From Eledone cirrhosa (lineage: Eukaryota): 64,000 nucleotides of DNA. Location of the stretch: positions 18,352,001 through 18,416,000 of the forward strand of contig OZ024745.1 in the NCBI GenBank assembly GCA_964016885.1, written 5' to 3'. The notes beneath the pieces are model-generated. The model was not told where the DNA came from. It saw only the letters and a list, made by a program, of their open reading frames with translations, and ran no database searches. Shown here in pieces: positions 24,634-38,091 of this stretch (positions are counted from its first letter, which is position 1; every line of letters begins with the position of its first letter). The translations under genes were made by a program, and so were the position numbers.

Positions 24634-25090
24634 TAACATTACTCCAGATATATGTAAAGAATAAAATATATTATCAAGTGGCTTCAAACATCTACAGTAC
24701 TGTTTTGTGGTTAATACCGAAGCATAGAGTGGATTAAATGAGGTAACTTATATAAAGATACAAAGTTAAATATAGGCTGGTATTCGTATTGGGAGTTTCG
24801 AAAGAGAAAAGAAGGATCGTGTAATGACGTGAAAAGTAAAATCAGAAAATTTTTTAAACAGAACTAAATAAATGTAGGAGGTATATCTAATGTCATCATA
24901 TATTAATATATGTAAGCATGGTTGCATATACTATTGGAAGCTTGTATCAATTTCTGGAAATTTCAACAAAATTTACTGCAGTTGAGAAACTAAGACATAC
25001 ACATTAGCACACACATGCATACATATATATATATTAAATGAGAAAGACGGATACATAAATATATAAATAAGTAAATAATGTTCGAAAGAA

Positions 25091-25173
<83 letters not shown>

Positions 25174-25175
<2 letters not shown>

Positions 25176-25507
25176 AAGGCGGTAAAATTCCCGAGATCCA
25201 TGGACGAGTTCTCTCCAGCGGTCTCTGTCCCTCATTATCGCTGCCATGTCCTGCGTCTCCAACAGACCAGTGTCTCCAACAGACCAGTGTCTCCAACAGA
25301 CCAGTGTCTGTCCTTAGGGAATCAACATACGTTAACCTGTATATAGGATGAAAAACTTGGGAGCATCCCAAAAGTCAGCTCAAAAGTGACACAGAGGAGA
25401 CTGAGGTTAGCTGGACATGCTCGCGACATCCAGAGTTGACATTGCACTCAGTGCTCCTGTGGGAGCCCCTACATGGACACACTAGAAGAGGAAGACCAAG
25501 GTTCACA
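25174..25507. mobile_element. RTE LINE 3' end with internal inversion
   Basis: Minus strand YVDSLRTDTGL..DMAAIMRDRDRWRELV. Plus strand HSVLLWEPLHGHTRRGRPRFTY. Both are RTE C-terminal motifs, in opposite orientations. Confidence 0.8.
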
Positions 25508-25512
25508 TATAT

Positions 25513-25594
<82 letters not shown>

Positions 25595-25628
25595 AGATTT
25601 GAATGGATACAGTTTAGTTGAAAGGAAT

Positions 25629-25749
25629 TTATTGACACGTGTTTCTATAACAGTTACATAACCTGAAAACAGCTGCTATCTACAAAGTTTTAGTTATGCA
25701 GACATTCAATATTTCAATGTTATTATTTACTGTCATTTCATCAGAATAA
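25629..25749 (-). ncRNA. Type I hammerhead with ~90-nt stem II domain (3' pLTR)
   Basis: Reverse complement of 26856-26976. Confidence 0.85.
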
Positions 25750-26301
25750 TATTACTGAGGACCTATTTAGTTTTTATAGAGAATATTAGGAGGGAGGGGT
25801 GAAGTTGTTAGAAGAATAGTTGAAGGAGTGGTTTTTCGATAGCAGTGAGAATTCTTGGTGGCAGTGAGTAATTAGATTCCCATCTGTTGTTTTGACATTT
25901 TTTATAGAATATATTATTGGTTATTTTTCTAAATCTATAGAAGGATTAGAGATAGTAAAGATATGCGTGGTTGGTTTTGTGTTTGCACTTAATTAACATT
26001 CAGACTTAAATTTTTCTTTCAAGTGTACGTATCCTTTCACCCACGCATTCACACACAAATATATTTGCACACCTCTACAAAATACATATACTCACAATTC
26101 ACATATTCATACTTACATACATATACACATGCATACACATATATATACACACATGTATTCATGTACATACATACGCGCTCATGTGTATACATTTTCATAC
26201 TCAACTTATCTTTATATACACACGTATAGACACACACATATATACATACATACTCTAGTCCATGTGTACACACATACACATACATACACATCTATATACA
26301 C

Positions 26302-26348
<47 letters not shown>

Positions 26349-26615
26349 CACTTTAATACATGAATACACTTACATCTAACTATACACATCAAACATATAT
26401 ATATATTTACTTATTTATATACATTTTCACATATATATACATACTTATGGACGTTTTTAGACACATTCATTATCGCATATTTGCACCTATTCTCATCAAC
26501 ATATCTTTCCATTATTAGTGTGGTAATTTAAGGTTATTAATATATGTTGAGAAGAGATTGTTTTTATATTTTTCTAACTAGATTAAGGTTTATATAGTTG
26601 GGGGATGTCCCTCTT

Positions 26616-26810
26616 TTATGTAATATTCGGCTTGTAGTGGGAAAAAAGGGTTTTAGTTCTGTGACGGCAGAATAATGTTCGTTCAATTCTGTTATTCAGC
26701 AGTTTCTTCTTGTGTGTGATTATGTAATAAATCTCAAGATTACACAATTTGCAGAAATTTTGGCTCCTGGAAAAGCTTTGGGTTTTAGCTAATTTCTCCC
26801 ATTTTAGGGT
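26616..26810 (-). pseudogene. C-terminus of a Penelope-like GIY-YIG endonuclease (CxxC..CxH tail, Naiad-like)
   Basis: Open frame TLKWEKLAKTQSFSRSQNFCKLCNLEIYYIITHKKKLLNNRIERTLFCRHRTKTLFSHYKPNIT*. It has no start codon, so it is absent from the ORF track. Confidence 0.85.
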
Positions 26811-26855
26811 CCCTCCTAATATTCTCTATAAAAACTAAATAGGTCCTCAGTAATA

Positions 26856-26976
26856 TTATTCTGATGAAATGACAGTAAATAATAACATTGAAATATTGAA
26901 TGTCTGCATAACTAAAACTTTGTAGATAGCAGCTGTTTTCAGGTTATGTAACTGTTATAGAAACACGTGTCAATAA
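26856..26976 (+). ncRNA. Type I hammerhead with ~90-nt stem II domain (inverted pLTR)
   Basis: TTATT-CTGATGA-A-ATGACAGT...ACTGTTAT-A-GAAAC-ACGT-GTC-AATAA. Confidence 0.87.
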
Positions 26977-27122
26977 ATTCCTTTCAACTAAACTGTATCC
27001 ATTCAAATCTTTCTATTTTTCTCCGGATTACTTTTGGAACTACAACTGGAACCGTCGAGCAAACTCTACGTGAGCTGATAATCTACTGTGTGTAATATTT
27101 ATATTACAACACAACGGAAATA

Positions 27123-27206
<84 letters not shown>

Positions 27207-29459
27207 CACAGCAGAAGAGAAACAGTGAATATGAAATATGAAAGAAGTTTATTTAGAAATCTAAGCTGACTTTTTGTATTTATGTATCTACCATATTTGC
27301 TGTTAATCATAAATATGCATTTCTCCTAACATTTATATCGTATCTTCTGATTACTTGTGTGAAGTTTCTCTCTATGCCTACCCACCTATATTTCTCGACA
27401 TCTTCACTAAGCTATTGCAAGATGATCATTATATATTTAAACTCATATGCATATATCATGATATAACGGTATTAGATAAAAACATTTTGATTTATTTAGT
27501 TTTGCTTTTTTTGCAAATATATTTCTGTACGTTCTGTACATTCTTTACATACAGTGCATTAAGCATACTATTTTCTTTTTCTATTAACCCTTCTCGTTTG
27601 TGCCTTTACTTTTCTTCTTCCTCAACCAACTGTCAGTGTATGACTTTATTATTCTACCCTACAGTGTTTCATTAAACACACCCGAAGATTATGTGTGACC
27701 TGGGTGACAACATTGTTTGGGAATTCGTATTCACGGTACAGCAGTATCACAAATTGTTCACTCCAACATTACAGGGTGTGTTCTAATGGCTGATCAATGC
27801 CTTACTTTATTTTCACTGTAGTAGACAGGTATGCTTTCTTTAAATGTTAAGTAATATACTGTTCTCATGTCGTTTTAGAAGATCTCCACCTGATTCCTGT
27901 CAGCAACTAACTGACGATCTGCAACCCTGTCAATCTGTCGTTGATCCTTCATCCTACGCAGGTTTTAATGTTCATATTGTTTAGGTGGACACGATGTACA
28001 TGATTCAGCAGTTACAATGTAGGTTTGTTGATTTCATTGAACCAATCTCGGCCTTGCACTTCGTAAACTCTAGGATATCCCGCATCCATAACATGGTGAC
28101 TAAGATCATTTATAGGAGAACATGGAAACAGACCCAGTCTTAGGCAGCTGAGCTTGCTCAGTCACGGTTCTCACTCAGAGATGTTACCGTGATGTACTAA
28201 ATTATTACTTCAATATCAATGTTTGCCCATCGCTACATGATAGTTAGTCTGCAGTGATGTTTAACAACCTCATGCTTTTTTTGTTTACACCTCAAAGTCG
28301 GATAACCATCCTGATGCGCTTAACGAAAAAATCAGGAGTGGAGTAAGGTTTGCTTCAGCTTTTATAATGTTTTCTTTAGCAGGAGAAGGTAAGGTTGTCT
28401 TAACGACGATTCTTTACCATTTGCTCAGAGACGGATCTGAGCTGTGGATCTGGTGAGCGGCCATCACAGAATAAGACTATCACAATAGGACCACAATTCT
28501 TGGGAAAATGTTAGAGTCTCCCAGGAATATTTTCTCGCAATCTTCGTCACCACTCATCCGTAAATATTTAAAGGACGCAGCTAATGATGAATGGGCAGCA
28601 ACAGTAAAGACGTGCACAATGATACTTTAAATGTGAAAGGCTTGTGTAGGCATAGGACCATATTTTCCCCACGACATATATCATTAATTGCACCCATAAC
28701 GTGTAGTCAATAGGGCGGATGCAGCAACAAATTAATACCAACATCTCAAATGTTATTCTTCATAGTTGTTTACAATAGCTGATTTATCTTATTCATAGTT
28801 ATGTGTTTCTAGATGTTAATAGAAAGATGGTTGGTGCTGCAAGCTTGACACATATAGGGTTGTTAGTGTAACATTTATGTGTTAGTGTAGAAAGGTAAAT
28901 CTTCGAGCAAACCTCCCAGAAAACCACTGCTTTATCTTAACACCCTATCTTTTGGCGACTTTAGGAGCTTACCCAAACGGAAAACACAGCTGGCTTATAA
29001 TTCATAAGGTGCTTTATAAAGAGAAGCCAAAACTTATTCCACTCATGGTATGACTTACATGCGTGCATCTGTGTATATGTGTAGATGGTGCATTTATATA
29101 GCTGACTAAATCAACAAACTCAGCATTCTCTACAAATACTGAATAGCTAATTAACAAAAGAAATATTGCAAATAGTTTCATTCATCATGAAATAAAATCA
29201 CCATCTATTTAAGAGGTCTATGTAGCTGACGGAACGTATTACAAGTTGTTGCAAGATAATAGTATAAAGATCTATGATCTGTAATGTGAGAAAGCGATAT
29301 AAACTAATGTAGTGTTGTGAGGAGGGGTAATGATTCATCGTTAGTGATTGGAAAAGTGAAACATTCATTCAAAAATATATACTGCAAGGATAATAGATTT
29401 AAAATGTACCTTAAGCTGCCTCTGGTTATGAAGCGTTCTCAGGTTATGTTACGTACCCA

Positions 29460-29670
29460 GCACTAAAGTGGAGATTCGTCAGGTCGCTGTTTATCTTGGT
29501 TTCTTGGCGTGAAGCGACTGAGAGAACAAGACTCCTCCTGGGCATGACGCTAGTCCATCGCAATGTGGAATGAAGTGGTTTGCTCAATAACACATTTCAG
29601 TCCTGGAATCGAACCCACGCCATTATGATCGTAAGTCCAACACCCTTACCATTAGGCCACATGTCTCTAC
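29460..29670 (-). mobile_element. Degenerate tRNA-derived SINE
   Basis: Minus strand GTAGAGACATGTGGCCTAATGGTAAGGG..GGTTCGATTCCAGG (A and B boxes). Confidence 0.65.
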
Positions 29671-30092
29671 TATGTAACGAATGCTTTATGTTAACTTTGA
29701 CTTTTCTGTAGGTTTACAAAATAAGTACCAATTAACTAACTACGGAAGCGATACTTGTTGGGGATAGAATTCCTCCAGAAATTATTGTCTTTATTGAAAG
29801 TATATCTAGCGTGTCAATAGCAATCTGCTAATATATTGATCAAGTCCTCTAACTTTCTATGCCCTACGATGACGATTTGTTAACCACTACAACCTCTAAA
29901 TTTTAACTACTTCGTCTAAAACTTGGTGGTACCTATCCGAGAGTTCAATATATTGTCAGGGGCCCTACCGAATTCCAATTCAGTTCATTTGCCAATGTTT
30001 CTAAACACGTTTATTTTTTATATTCAATTCATTCTATTACATTTTATGTATTTATGCATTTCATCTGTTTAACCATGTCACTTATGCAATAT

Positions 30093-30150
30093 ATACCTGA
30101 TGAAGTCACCAGGTTTATACGCAACCTGGCCACTGAAATGTGCATAGTGT
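30093..30150 (+). ncRNA. Type I hammerhead, PLE-style, near-palindromic stem III
   Basis: ATAC-CTGATGA-A-GT..CCAGGTT tatacgc AACCTGG..AC-T-GAAA-TGTGC-ATA-GTGT. An upstream remnant LKLGGTYPR at ~29916-29942 resembles the GIY-YIG terminal LxTxxPxGLN motif. Confidence 0.72.
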
Positions 30151-30390
30151 TTACAGAAATATATAATTAAAGGAATTCAACTTGTCCAGCCTCCTGTCAT
30201 TTTAATTTATTTATAAATATAGACACATCAGTTAGTTCACCATACCGAGAACAATACGTACGAGATGAAGATCCGCTAAGGTGAAACAATTGTTCTCGGT
30301 ATGGTGAACTAACTGTTGTGACTCTACTTCTACCAAACTCGTCCCATGAACTGAGTGCTCTAACACTACGGATATTACCTTCCAGTGTTC

Positions 30391-30480
<90 letters not shown>

Positions 30481-30488
<8 letters not shown>

Positions 30489-31110
30489 GAAACACACAGA
30501 TACATGCGGACACACACACATATATACATGAGTGCATCCGCACCCAACTGTGAGTTAAGGGTGCCAACTTCACCGATGTTGCTCAATGAATGACTGGGAC
30601 AGACCAATTCAGTTTGAACTAGACTGAACCAGTATCAGAGTTAAAAATACATTATGAAGAGAGAAGAAACATTTAGATATAATTAGTAATAAAATGTATC
30701 ATACCTAAACTGTTCCTAAATTCCTCGACTACGTAGTTTCGTGGCATAAACAAAAACAATATATCAAAGATATAGAGTCCTTGCGAGGTCTGCCGACTTA
30801 TCAAGAGGATACCTCATTTTATTAGTCTCAAGAACGCGTCTACACGACGTGAGAAAGAATCCCAAAAGGCGGAGGGGGAGATAGTCACGCGATATAACGG
30901 TCGAGAAACAGAGCTAAGCCTCTTATAACCACGAAGAAAATACCACGGAGGCGGAGGGGGTATTCATATCGAGGCCGCAGAAGAGGTAGTGAAGAAGGCG
31001 AGAAGTATGAGTAATGGAAGCCTTCCAGTTGTCCCCACACTTCAAAGATTGCTCGACCAGAGGGAGTTATTAATATATTTAGAAACACACAGATACATGC
31101 GGACACACAC
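30481..31110 (-). mobile_element. HHR repeat family D: one 593-bp unit plus terminal redundancy, in (TA)n
   Basis: TATATTTAGAAACACACAGATACATGCGGACACAC at 30481 and 31074. Near-identical to 43367-44228. Confidence 0.87.
30722..30809 (-). ncRNA. Hammerhead with U3-A8 core variant (family D)
   Basis: Minus strand TCCTC-TTGATAA-GT c GGCA...TGCC AC-GAAAC-TACGTA-GTC-GAGGA. Confidence 0.85.
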
Positions 31111-31829
31111 ACATATATATATATATATATATGGGGCTGGGGGTATAAAGTAAACAAAAATAACAAAGCAAACAATACAGTGCAATGAATAAATTTATAT
31201 ATATAATAAAGAAGATACTTGATACGAAGGGAAAAAAGTAGATTGTAATCTAAAGTGACATGATATCAGGGAGTAGAAATTCGTTATTTATGGGTGTGTA
31301 ACATTCTGAATAGAATGACAGTTAGCCTGTACTAATTTGATAAACGTGGATACTTCATTGAGCGATAGATTGAGAGAGAGGAGGGAGGGAGAGACGAGTG
31401 GGTGAAATGAAAAGAACATCGGTAAAGAAAAAAATTGGAAAACCTTTTCAGGAGGTAAACACGTGTAGAACGACACTTCTGCAGTGAAGATTTACCGTAG
31501 GAGTGAAAGTTGTTTTGAGGTGGTAGAATATGGGTGTTTGTCTTTGTTTGTACAAAATTGTGGGTACGAGGATTACCGTGCGCATCTGACCATGACGTGG
31601 TTGAAGGGTTATTGTGTATGTTTTATTTTCATTTGTTCTGGAGAGAAAAAACTGTCAAATATTCTTATGTCAACTGATTGAAACTTGCTACAGACTCAAT
31701 ATCTTCTAAAAGACTGAATTTAGTGTTCTCGTTAATGCATACATCTGTCGGATGCTGGACTCCATTCAACACAAGTACTCTGTCCACGTTTTTCCCTTTC
31801 CAAGGATATGTATCCGATTATCTCTCAAC

Positions 31830-31867
<38 letters not shown>

Positions 31868-31920
31868 GTGTGTATATACATATATATATAAGAGTATATA
31901 TGTATATTTTAATTTCTCAA

Positions 31921-31986
31921 TCTAATTTCTGATGAGCAAGTAGAGTCCGAAATAGTAAGACTCTTTCCTACTATATCAAGTGTAGA
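31921..31986 (+). ncRNA. Possible degenerate hammerhead
   Basis: CTGATGA-G..C-GAAA-TAGTA..TACTA-TA. Stems I and II are weak. Confidence 0.45.
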
Positions 31987-32120
31987 ACAAATATATTTCT
32001 TCATTGTACTGTCGTTAGCTTTGTTATTTCTTTTTGCATTTTGTATACATACATACTTATATAAATATATATATATATATAAATAAAAAAAATTTCGCTC
32101 TACATGGCTGAATACAATAA

Positions 32121-32375
32121 ATGTAATCTAAGTGTTTCGAACATTAATAGTAACATTCGATTCGTTTGCAATTATGCAAACAAGCCTCGTTTTTAAAGCC
32201 ATTTCAGTAGAATGAGCCCCTCATTCTTGCTCTTGCATTAGCAGTTCTGTTTACATGCCAACACAAGAGCAAGAGCGAGGGGCTCATTCTACTGGCATGG
32301 CTTTAAAAATGAAGCTTGTTTGCATAATTGCAAACGAATCGAATGTTATTAATATTCGAAAAACTTAGATTACAT
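32121..32375. repeat. Inverted repeat / hairpin (~115 bp arms) between (TA)n tracts
   Basis: ATGTAATCTAAG..AGTAGAATGAGCCCCTC..CTTGCTCTTG vs CAAGAGCAAG..GAGGGGCTCATTCTACT..CTTAGATTACAT. Confidence 0.9.
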
Positions 32376-32387
32376 ATATATATATAA

Positions 32388-35300
32388 CTTTGATAGCTTT
32401 GATAGGTTTCGGCCAGTATTGGCCCAGGCCATGTCTAACTTAATAGCACCACCTGGCGAAGTCTTACAAATCAGTGTTTGGGCACCATGGCCCATTCGAG
32501 CAGAGAGTTACTGTTTACGGAGGCATATCCGGGTGTAGGAGGCTTATCCGGGATTTATTGAAGGGATTTATCCAAAGACTGATGGGGTCTGTCTCTGCTT
32601 TCATGTGTTTTGGTGTAATGTTAAAGAGTGAAGTAATTATGCCGTATTGTTGTTATGTGATGCGAGTGGGATTTTTGTCGTGGGTGGATAGCACGGGGAC
32701 CAAGCCTTGGGTGTACACTAAAGGTGATGAAAACATCATTTCGGCTAAGCTGGTGGAATATTTTCCACATCATACAGATAATGTAGCGCTCACGGCGACG
32801 TTGAAGAGAATAAAGTTTGAGCTTTTCTAATCGACCCCAATAGTCAAGAGCTGTCATGCCAACTATCTTTTTGGGGGTGCTTCAACTTACATGATACTTT
32901 GTTTCGTGTGGGGTGACCACAGTCGACAACAGTATTCAATGTGGGGTCAGGCAAAAGTGGAGAAGAGGACAATAGTGTGGATATCTCTCGACTGGAAAGT
33001 TCTGAGAATTCAGGAACACATTCTGCGGGGCATATCAACTTTGCTGTTTATATGAGTGGCCCACCTTATATTGTTGTCCACAATTGCTCCCAGATCTCTG
33101 ATGTTATTGGAAGCCACTAGAGTTTCACCCGAAGGAAGACAGTATGGTAATTTTAGGGCATTCTTTTTTCCAAAGTGAATTAGTTCAAATTTATCCTCAT
33201 TCAACAGCATATTATTCATCGCTGCCCATTGGATGAGAGCCAGTAGGTCTGACTGAAGGCAAGTCCGGTCACCCACCTCATTGATAACCCTTTGGAGCTT
33301 GGAATCATCTGCGAAGATTCTGAGGTTGCTGTGTTTGATGATGTCAGTAATGTCATTAATGTAGATGATGAAATGAAGTGGGCCCAACACAGTGCCTTGT
33401 GGGACGCCACTGCTGATTTTGGCAGGGCTTGAAGTTACTCCTTCGACTACAACATGCTGGGTTCTGCCTGTCAGGAAACATTTGATCCACTGTAGTAACC
33501 TTCCAGAGACACCAACATTGGATAGTTTTTTCAGTAGAATCTTATAATCAACTCTGTCGAAGGCCTTGCTGAAATCAAGGTAGATGACATCAGTGATGGA
33601 GCCCTCTCCCTAGGCTCTCAAACCATCGTCAAAGTGATGCAGTTAAGCAGTTCCTTCCATTACGGAATCCATGTTGGTTGGAGTTCAGCAGGCTGTTGCT
33701 TTCAAGAAAGTGGGCTATTCGTGATCTCACTACCCTCTCGAATACCTTGATACTATGAGAGGTGAGTGAATCGGACGGTAGTTCACTGCAAGGGACTTAT
33801 TTCCCTTTTTGAAGACTGGAACAACGGACTGGGGCAGAAAGGTTTCAGGAATATAGCCAGTGTCCAGTGAGTTCCTCCACAGATTAGCAAAAGAATTGCA
33901 AGTTCGTGTCGACACACCTTCAGGATACAAGCAGGGAACCTGTCGGGGCCTAATGCTGAATTGTGTTTAATTTCGTTTATTGCCGCTAAGAAATCAGGGG
34001 CGCCAAATGTTATGTCTGATATAGTGTGTTGGTGGTTAATATCACTGATACGGCCCAGATCGGCCATATCAGGGTTGCTAAAAACAGAGCAGTATTGTTT
34101 CTGCAGTATCTCGCCCATGGTGTTGGCATTGTCCTGGCGTGTGCCATTTTCATCAACTAGGGGGTCAACAGTGGAGACGGTGGCCTTGTGTTTTTTAGCG
34201 AATGGGAAGAACACTTTGGGGTTGAGTTTGATTTTCTCAATGGCCCACTTCTCTTCAGCTATTCTCTGGTTATTGATGATGGTCATCATGCATTGCTGGA
34301 AGTTATTTTTTTTTTACTCAAGCAGGGCGATAGCCATTGAATGTATGCGTTGCTGTTGGCAGTATTTTAGTGTGTTAATTTTGTTGTGTTCTTTTTATTG
34401 TTCTGATAATTGTTTTTCTGTTTGGGGGATACTGCACTTGGTTGTGTTCACAGGTTTTGGTGGTGTGTGTTTTGTAAATATATTTGTGACAGTGTCTACA
34501 AAGATCTACCAAGATGTTTTGATGTTGGTGGAAGTGTGTGCGTGTGTAAAAGACCAGTCAACATGTGATAGCTCGTTCATAATTGCATCCCAGTTGGCAT
34601 TGTGGAGAGCCATATTATCAAATGGGTGGGCTGGACAGAGGACCCTGGGATTAGCTTTCGGCTGGTGGAATCTCAGGTTACAAAGAACATGTCATGGTCT
34701 AAGAGAAGGGTTTTTTACACTGTAATATTACGTATAGTGTTAGTGTGGTTACTAAACACTAGATCCAGAATGTTCTTCTGATGCCTCGTTGGTACAAATA
34801 TAAGTTGGGACAAAAGAACTCATTCATGAAGTCAAGAAGTGACTCGACAACCTCTCTGTCAGTGGTTGAGGATGTGGAGTCTGGTTTCAAACTATATATA
34901 GACCAATCGACACAGGGTATATTAAAGTCTCCCATCAAATGTTTGTTGCTAGAATGGCACTATTTAATAAAGTATTTAATACTGTTTGGGCATTATTTGG
35001 AACAGATTATGGGTGTTTGTGGTGGCCTATAGTGCCCAACTAATGTCAGCTCATTGGCTTTATTGTGCACAGTGACTGATTCACAGTTTCCATTAGAGAA
35101 AGTTGTGTTGCCATCTGCCGTAAAGGAATCATGCAGGAAAATGGCAGTTCCACCCTTCCTTCTGCCAACACGATCCGCACGGATGGTTGTGAAATTCCTC
35201 ACTCTTACTTAGGCCTCCAAGTGGGAGTTGTCAAGGTGGGTCTCAGTAATAATGAAGAAAGGGATCTGAAATGGATGGTTACCAACCCAATCCTCAATGA

Positions 35301-35803
35301 ATTGGATCTTCCATTTCTGTGCATTGATGGATGGGCTGATACCTTGTGTATTGAGTAAGAATGTGGAGGCTAGTGTGGTGGCTGGTTTTGACTGTTGCAG
35401 GAGGCTTGTTTTGTGATTGTGGTGTGTTAGTGACAGCAAGGATGGTGTTGGGTGATGGCTTAAATGTTTTTCTCTATCTCTTTTGCCAGGTTCATGGTTT
35501 TAAAAAGAAAGATTTTTTTTTGTTCAGGGAGCAGTTTTTGATTGGATTTGTGGTTGCAACATTGGATAGGGTTGCAGTTCCCTCTTTTGTTGTTGTTGTT
35601 GTATTTGTTGTAAATGTGTTTTTGTGAAAAGACTGGAGCAGCGTTATTTTTGTTGTTTTTGTTGTGTAATCATGTCTTTGTGAGGAGACTGGAGCAGCAT
35701 TACCGCAGCAGGGGGTGGCTTTATTGTGGTTTGTGTGTTGGTATGAAGGCCCTTTTCTGTTCGTGCGGTGTGTCCCAGGAAGATGAGTGAAGGGACAGTC
35801 TCT
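32388..35803 (-). mobile_element. CR1-group LINE (APE endonuclease + RT), degraded, with the end of ORF1
   Basis: APE motifs LLNTQG, ITETHL, RADRVGRRKGGTAIF, YRPP, GDFN. RT motifs GPDRFP, VPVFKKG..NYRPI, YLDFSKAFD, GVPQGTVLGP, FADDSK. C-terminal LYSLQRRRERY and IPDKP. 3' tail repeats CTATCAAAG. ORF1 CPFTHLPGT zinc-finger end. Confidence 0.92.
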
Positions 35804-36950
35804 ATATTGATGTCGTCTACGTAACAAGAGTACATGATGAGGTCTATGGAGCTCTCATCAAGGAGATATTTGAGTCTCCTTTCCCACCATACCAAAAACA
35901 TGTTGGCAACATCACCAGCTATGCTGACGCCAATGGCTGCTCCCTCATTTTGGGTGTAGATCTTCTCGTTGAATTTGAATATGTGGCCCTTTAGGGTAGT
36001 TTTGACACTAGCCCCTATTGCATGTGCGCCCATTTTTCTTACCTAATCATTGTTTTGGGGGGTCCGTATAGCTTTGGTCCACCCAATCCACCTTCCTATG
36101 GGAGTCTTTTTTGCCATTGAGGTTATGGTAGGGGGGTCTACCTCTTATGGGTCTACTGGGGCAGAAACTTCAAGGTCATGGCTATCTAGGTAGTCAGTGT
36201 CATAGGTAAGTCTAAGTAGGAGGCCCAGTTCGTCTGTGTCGATGTTGCAGAACTCCACCTCACTCTCAATGATCATCTCCACACATTTTTCCACAGCAAA
36301 ATCAATATTAATGGATGGGTACAGTGACACCACATCCATTAGTGCCTAATATGCAGTTGGATAGGCTCCTGTTTTTGTTGCACTCAAAGATTCGGTTGAG
36401 GAGGTCCTCTGTATTGTCAGATACATCTGGGGACATCTTGATTATGGGGCGTATAACCATTGAGAGGAAGTAGGAGATCCTGTAGTTGCTAGCTATATTT
36501 GCTCCGTATACAGGTCTTGTTGGTGGTCCTGTTGTCGGGGGGGGGGGGCGTCTACTGTCTTATGGTCATTGCGGAGCCCATTCAAGGGTGGTATGCCATT
36601 GTTAGACGCCTGGAAGTTGTTGGCAGTGCATCTGCTTGGCTTTAGGATGTCGGTCCTCATCATCATGTGAGCGTTGAGGATTTTCTCTCTCCCACCATGT
36701 AATTGCTGTGCAATTTCGCTCGTGTTGGTGATGTGAGGTTTCATAACCTTGATGTAGTTCGGCATGCTGTTTATTAATATCCTACCAGACTTATCCGTGG
36801 GTAGATATAATACCTCACCATCCCTTGTGCGCTGCTTGAGGGTAACCAAGCTTTCTACGGGTTTCCTCCCAAGTTGTTGGACCTCTGGTCTGCTTTGTCT
36901 CTTAGTATACCGGGCTACTATTTGTCTAATCTTATATCTAGCTGTGGTGT
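35804..36950 (-). pseudogene. Penelope-like reverse transcriptase fragment
   Basis: PTDKSGR, PPLNGLRNDHK, NYRISYFLSMVIRP, DVVSLYPSI, FKFNEKIYTQNEGAAIG..AGDVA, YVDD, across frameshifts. Confidence 0.88.
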
Positions 36951-38031
36951 AAACTAATGTAAAGTAAACCCCCGGATAAACTGTAAAACTAGAAACGTAG
37001 TCTATAACATAAGATGTACAGAGGGTACTTGCAGAAACATACATAAGCGAGACAGCTCGTAGCATAGGTGGAAGGATAGCTCAAAACTGGAGGGAACTAA
37101 AAGGACGAAAAAACTGTTCAGTACTATACGAACATGCCAGACAACAACACGACGGTAACATAGACAACATAGAAATTAGAATAATATCTAAACATAGAAA
37201 TGACCCAGCAGATAGGCCTCAGAGAGGCCAGCGAAATAGAACTTAGAAGGTCAAGGCTAAACAGAAAAAATGAATGGAATAACAACAACACCCAAACAAA
37301 CAATAATGACCTAAGAGAAGTATAAATAAATAAATAAATACATACACAAGCACAATAACAACAAACACATATAAACACACACTAGTAAACTAAGATAGAA
37401 TACAATAACCAATACACAGTCACACAAACACGAACAAACATCAAACACTATACACACACGCAAACGCATGCGCAGAGAAGACAAAAAATAAATAAATAAA
37501 TAAATAAATAAACAGACTAAATAAAGATGGCGTAGGCATACAATACAACAGGAGGAAACATAATAGCACAATTGATGTTGTTGCAGATGTGCAACGAAAG
37601 AACTTTGTTAGACTATATATATGTGTTTGTGTCTATATTATATCTGTATTTTTGACCGTTGGTCAGTCAATGGCAACATTGAGGACCGAATTAATTAAAT
37701 TAACCGATATAAAAGACACAGAAGCGAAAACCAACCAAACAGTGAGTGTGTTCTGTTATTAATTCTGGCAATATTTCACAAATATGACCCTCCCCAAGTA
37801 TAACAATATTTGTTTCGACACACGATTTCATATCAAAAACCTCGCAAAACTATATATATATATATATATATATATATGTTTTATGTGTGTTGTATTTAAG
37901 CAAATAACTATGTTTGTACTCTGTGAATGTATCTTACATTGCCCATTGAGTACGCTGAGATACAACCGGTCCTGGCATTGATAAACATGCTGGGTCCGTC
38001 AACTCCCTATTATATATATATATATTTAGTG

Positions 38032-38091
<60 letters not shown>

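Larger units (their letters stand above)
25590..27125 (-). mobile_element. 5'-truncated Penelope-like element with inverted pLTR, inserted in (TA)n
   Basis: IR 25590-25795 / 26810-27015, each arm holding an HHR. The endonuclease C-terminus and 3' UTR lie between the arms. Confidence 0.88.

Noticed and set aside
27600-28750. Higher-complexity stretch that might be coding, likewise 31290-31830
   Set aside because: Stops in the frames examined and no motif I can name with confidence. Probably decayed retroelement sequence
33961-34725. 254-aa plus-strand ORF
   Set aside because: Antisense to the CR1 ORF2 with no independent motifs
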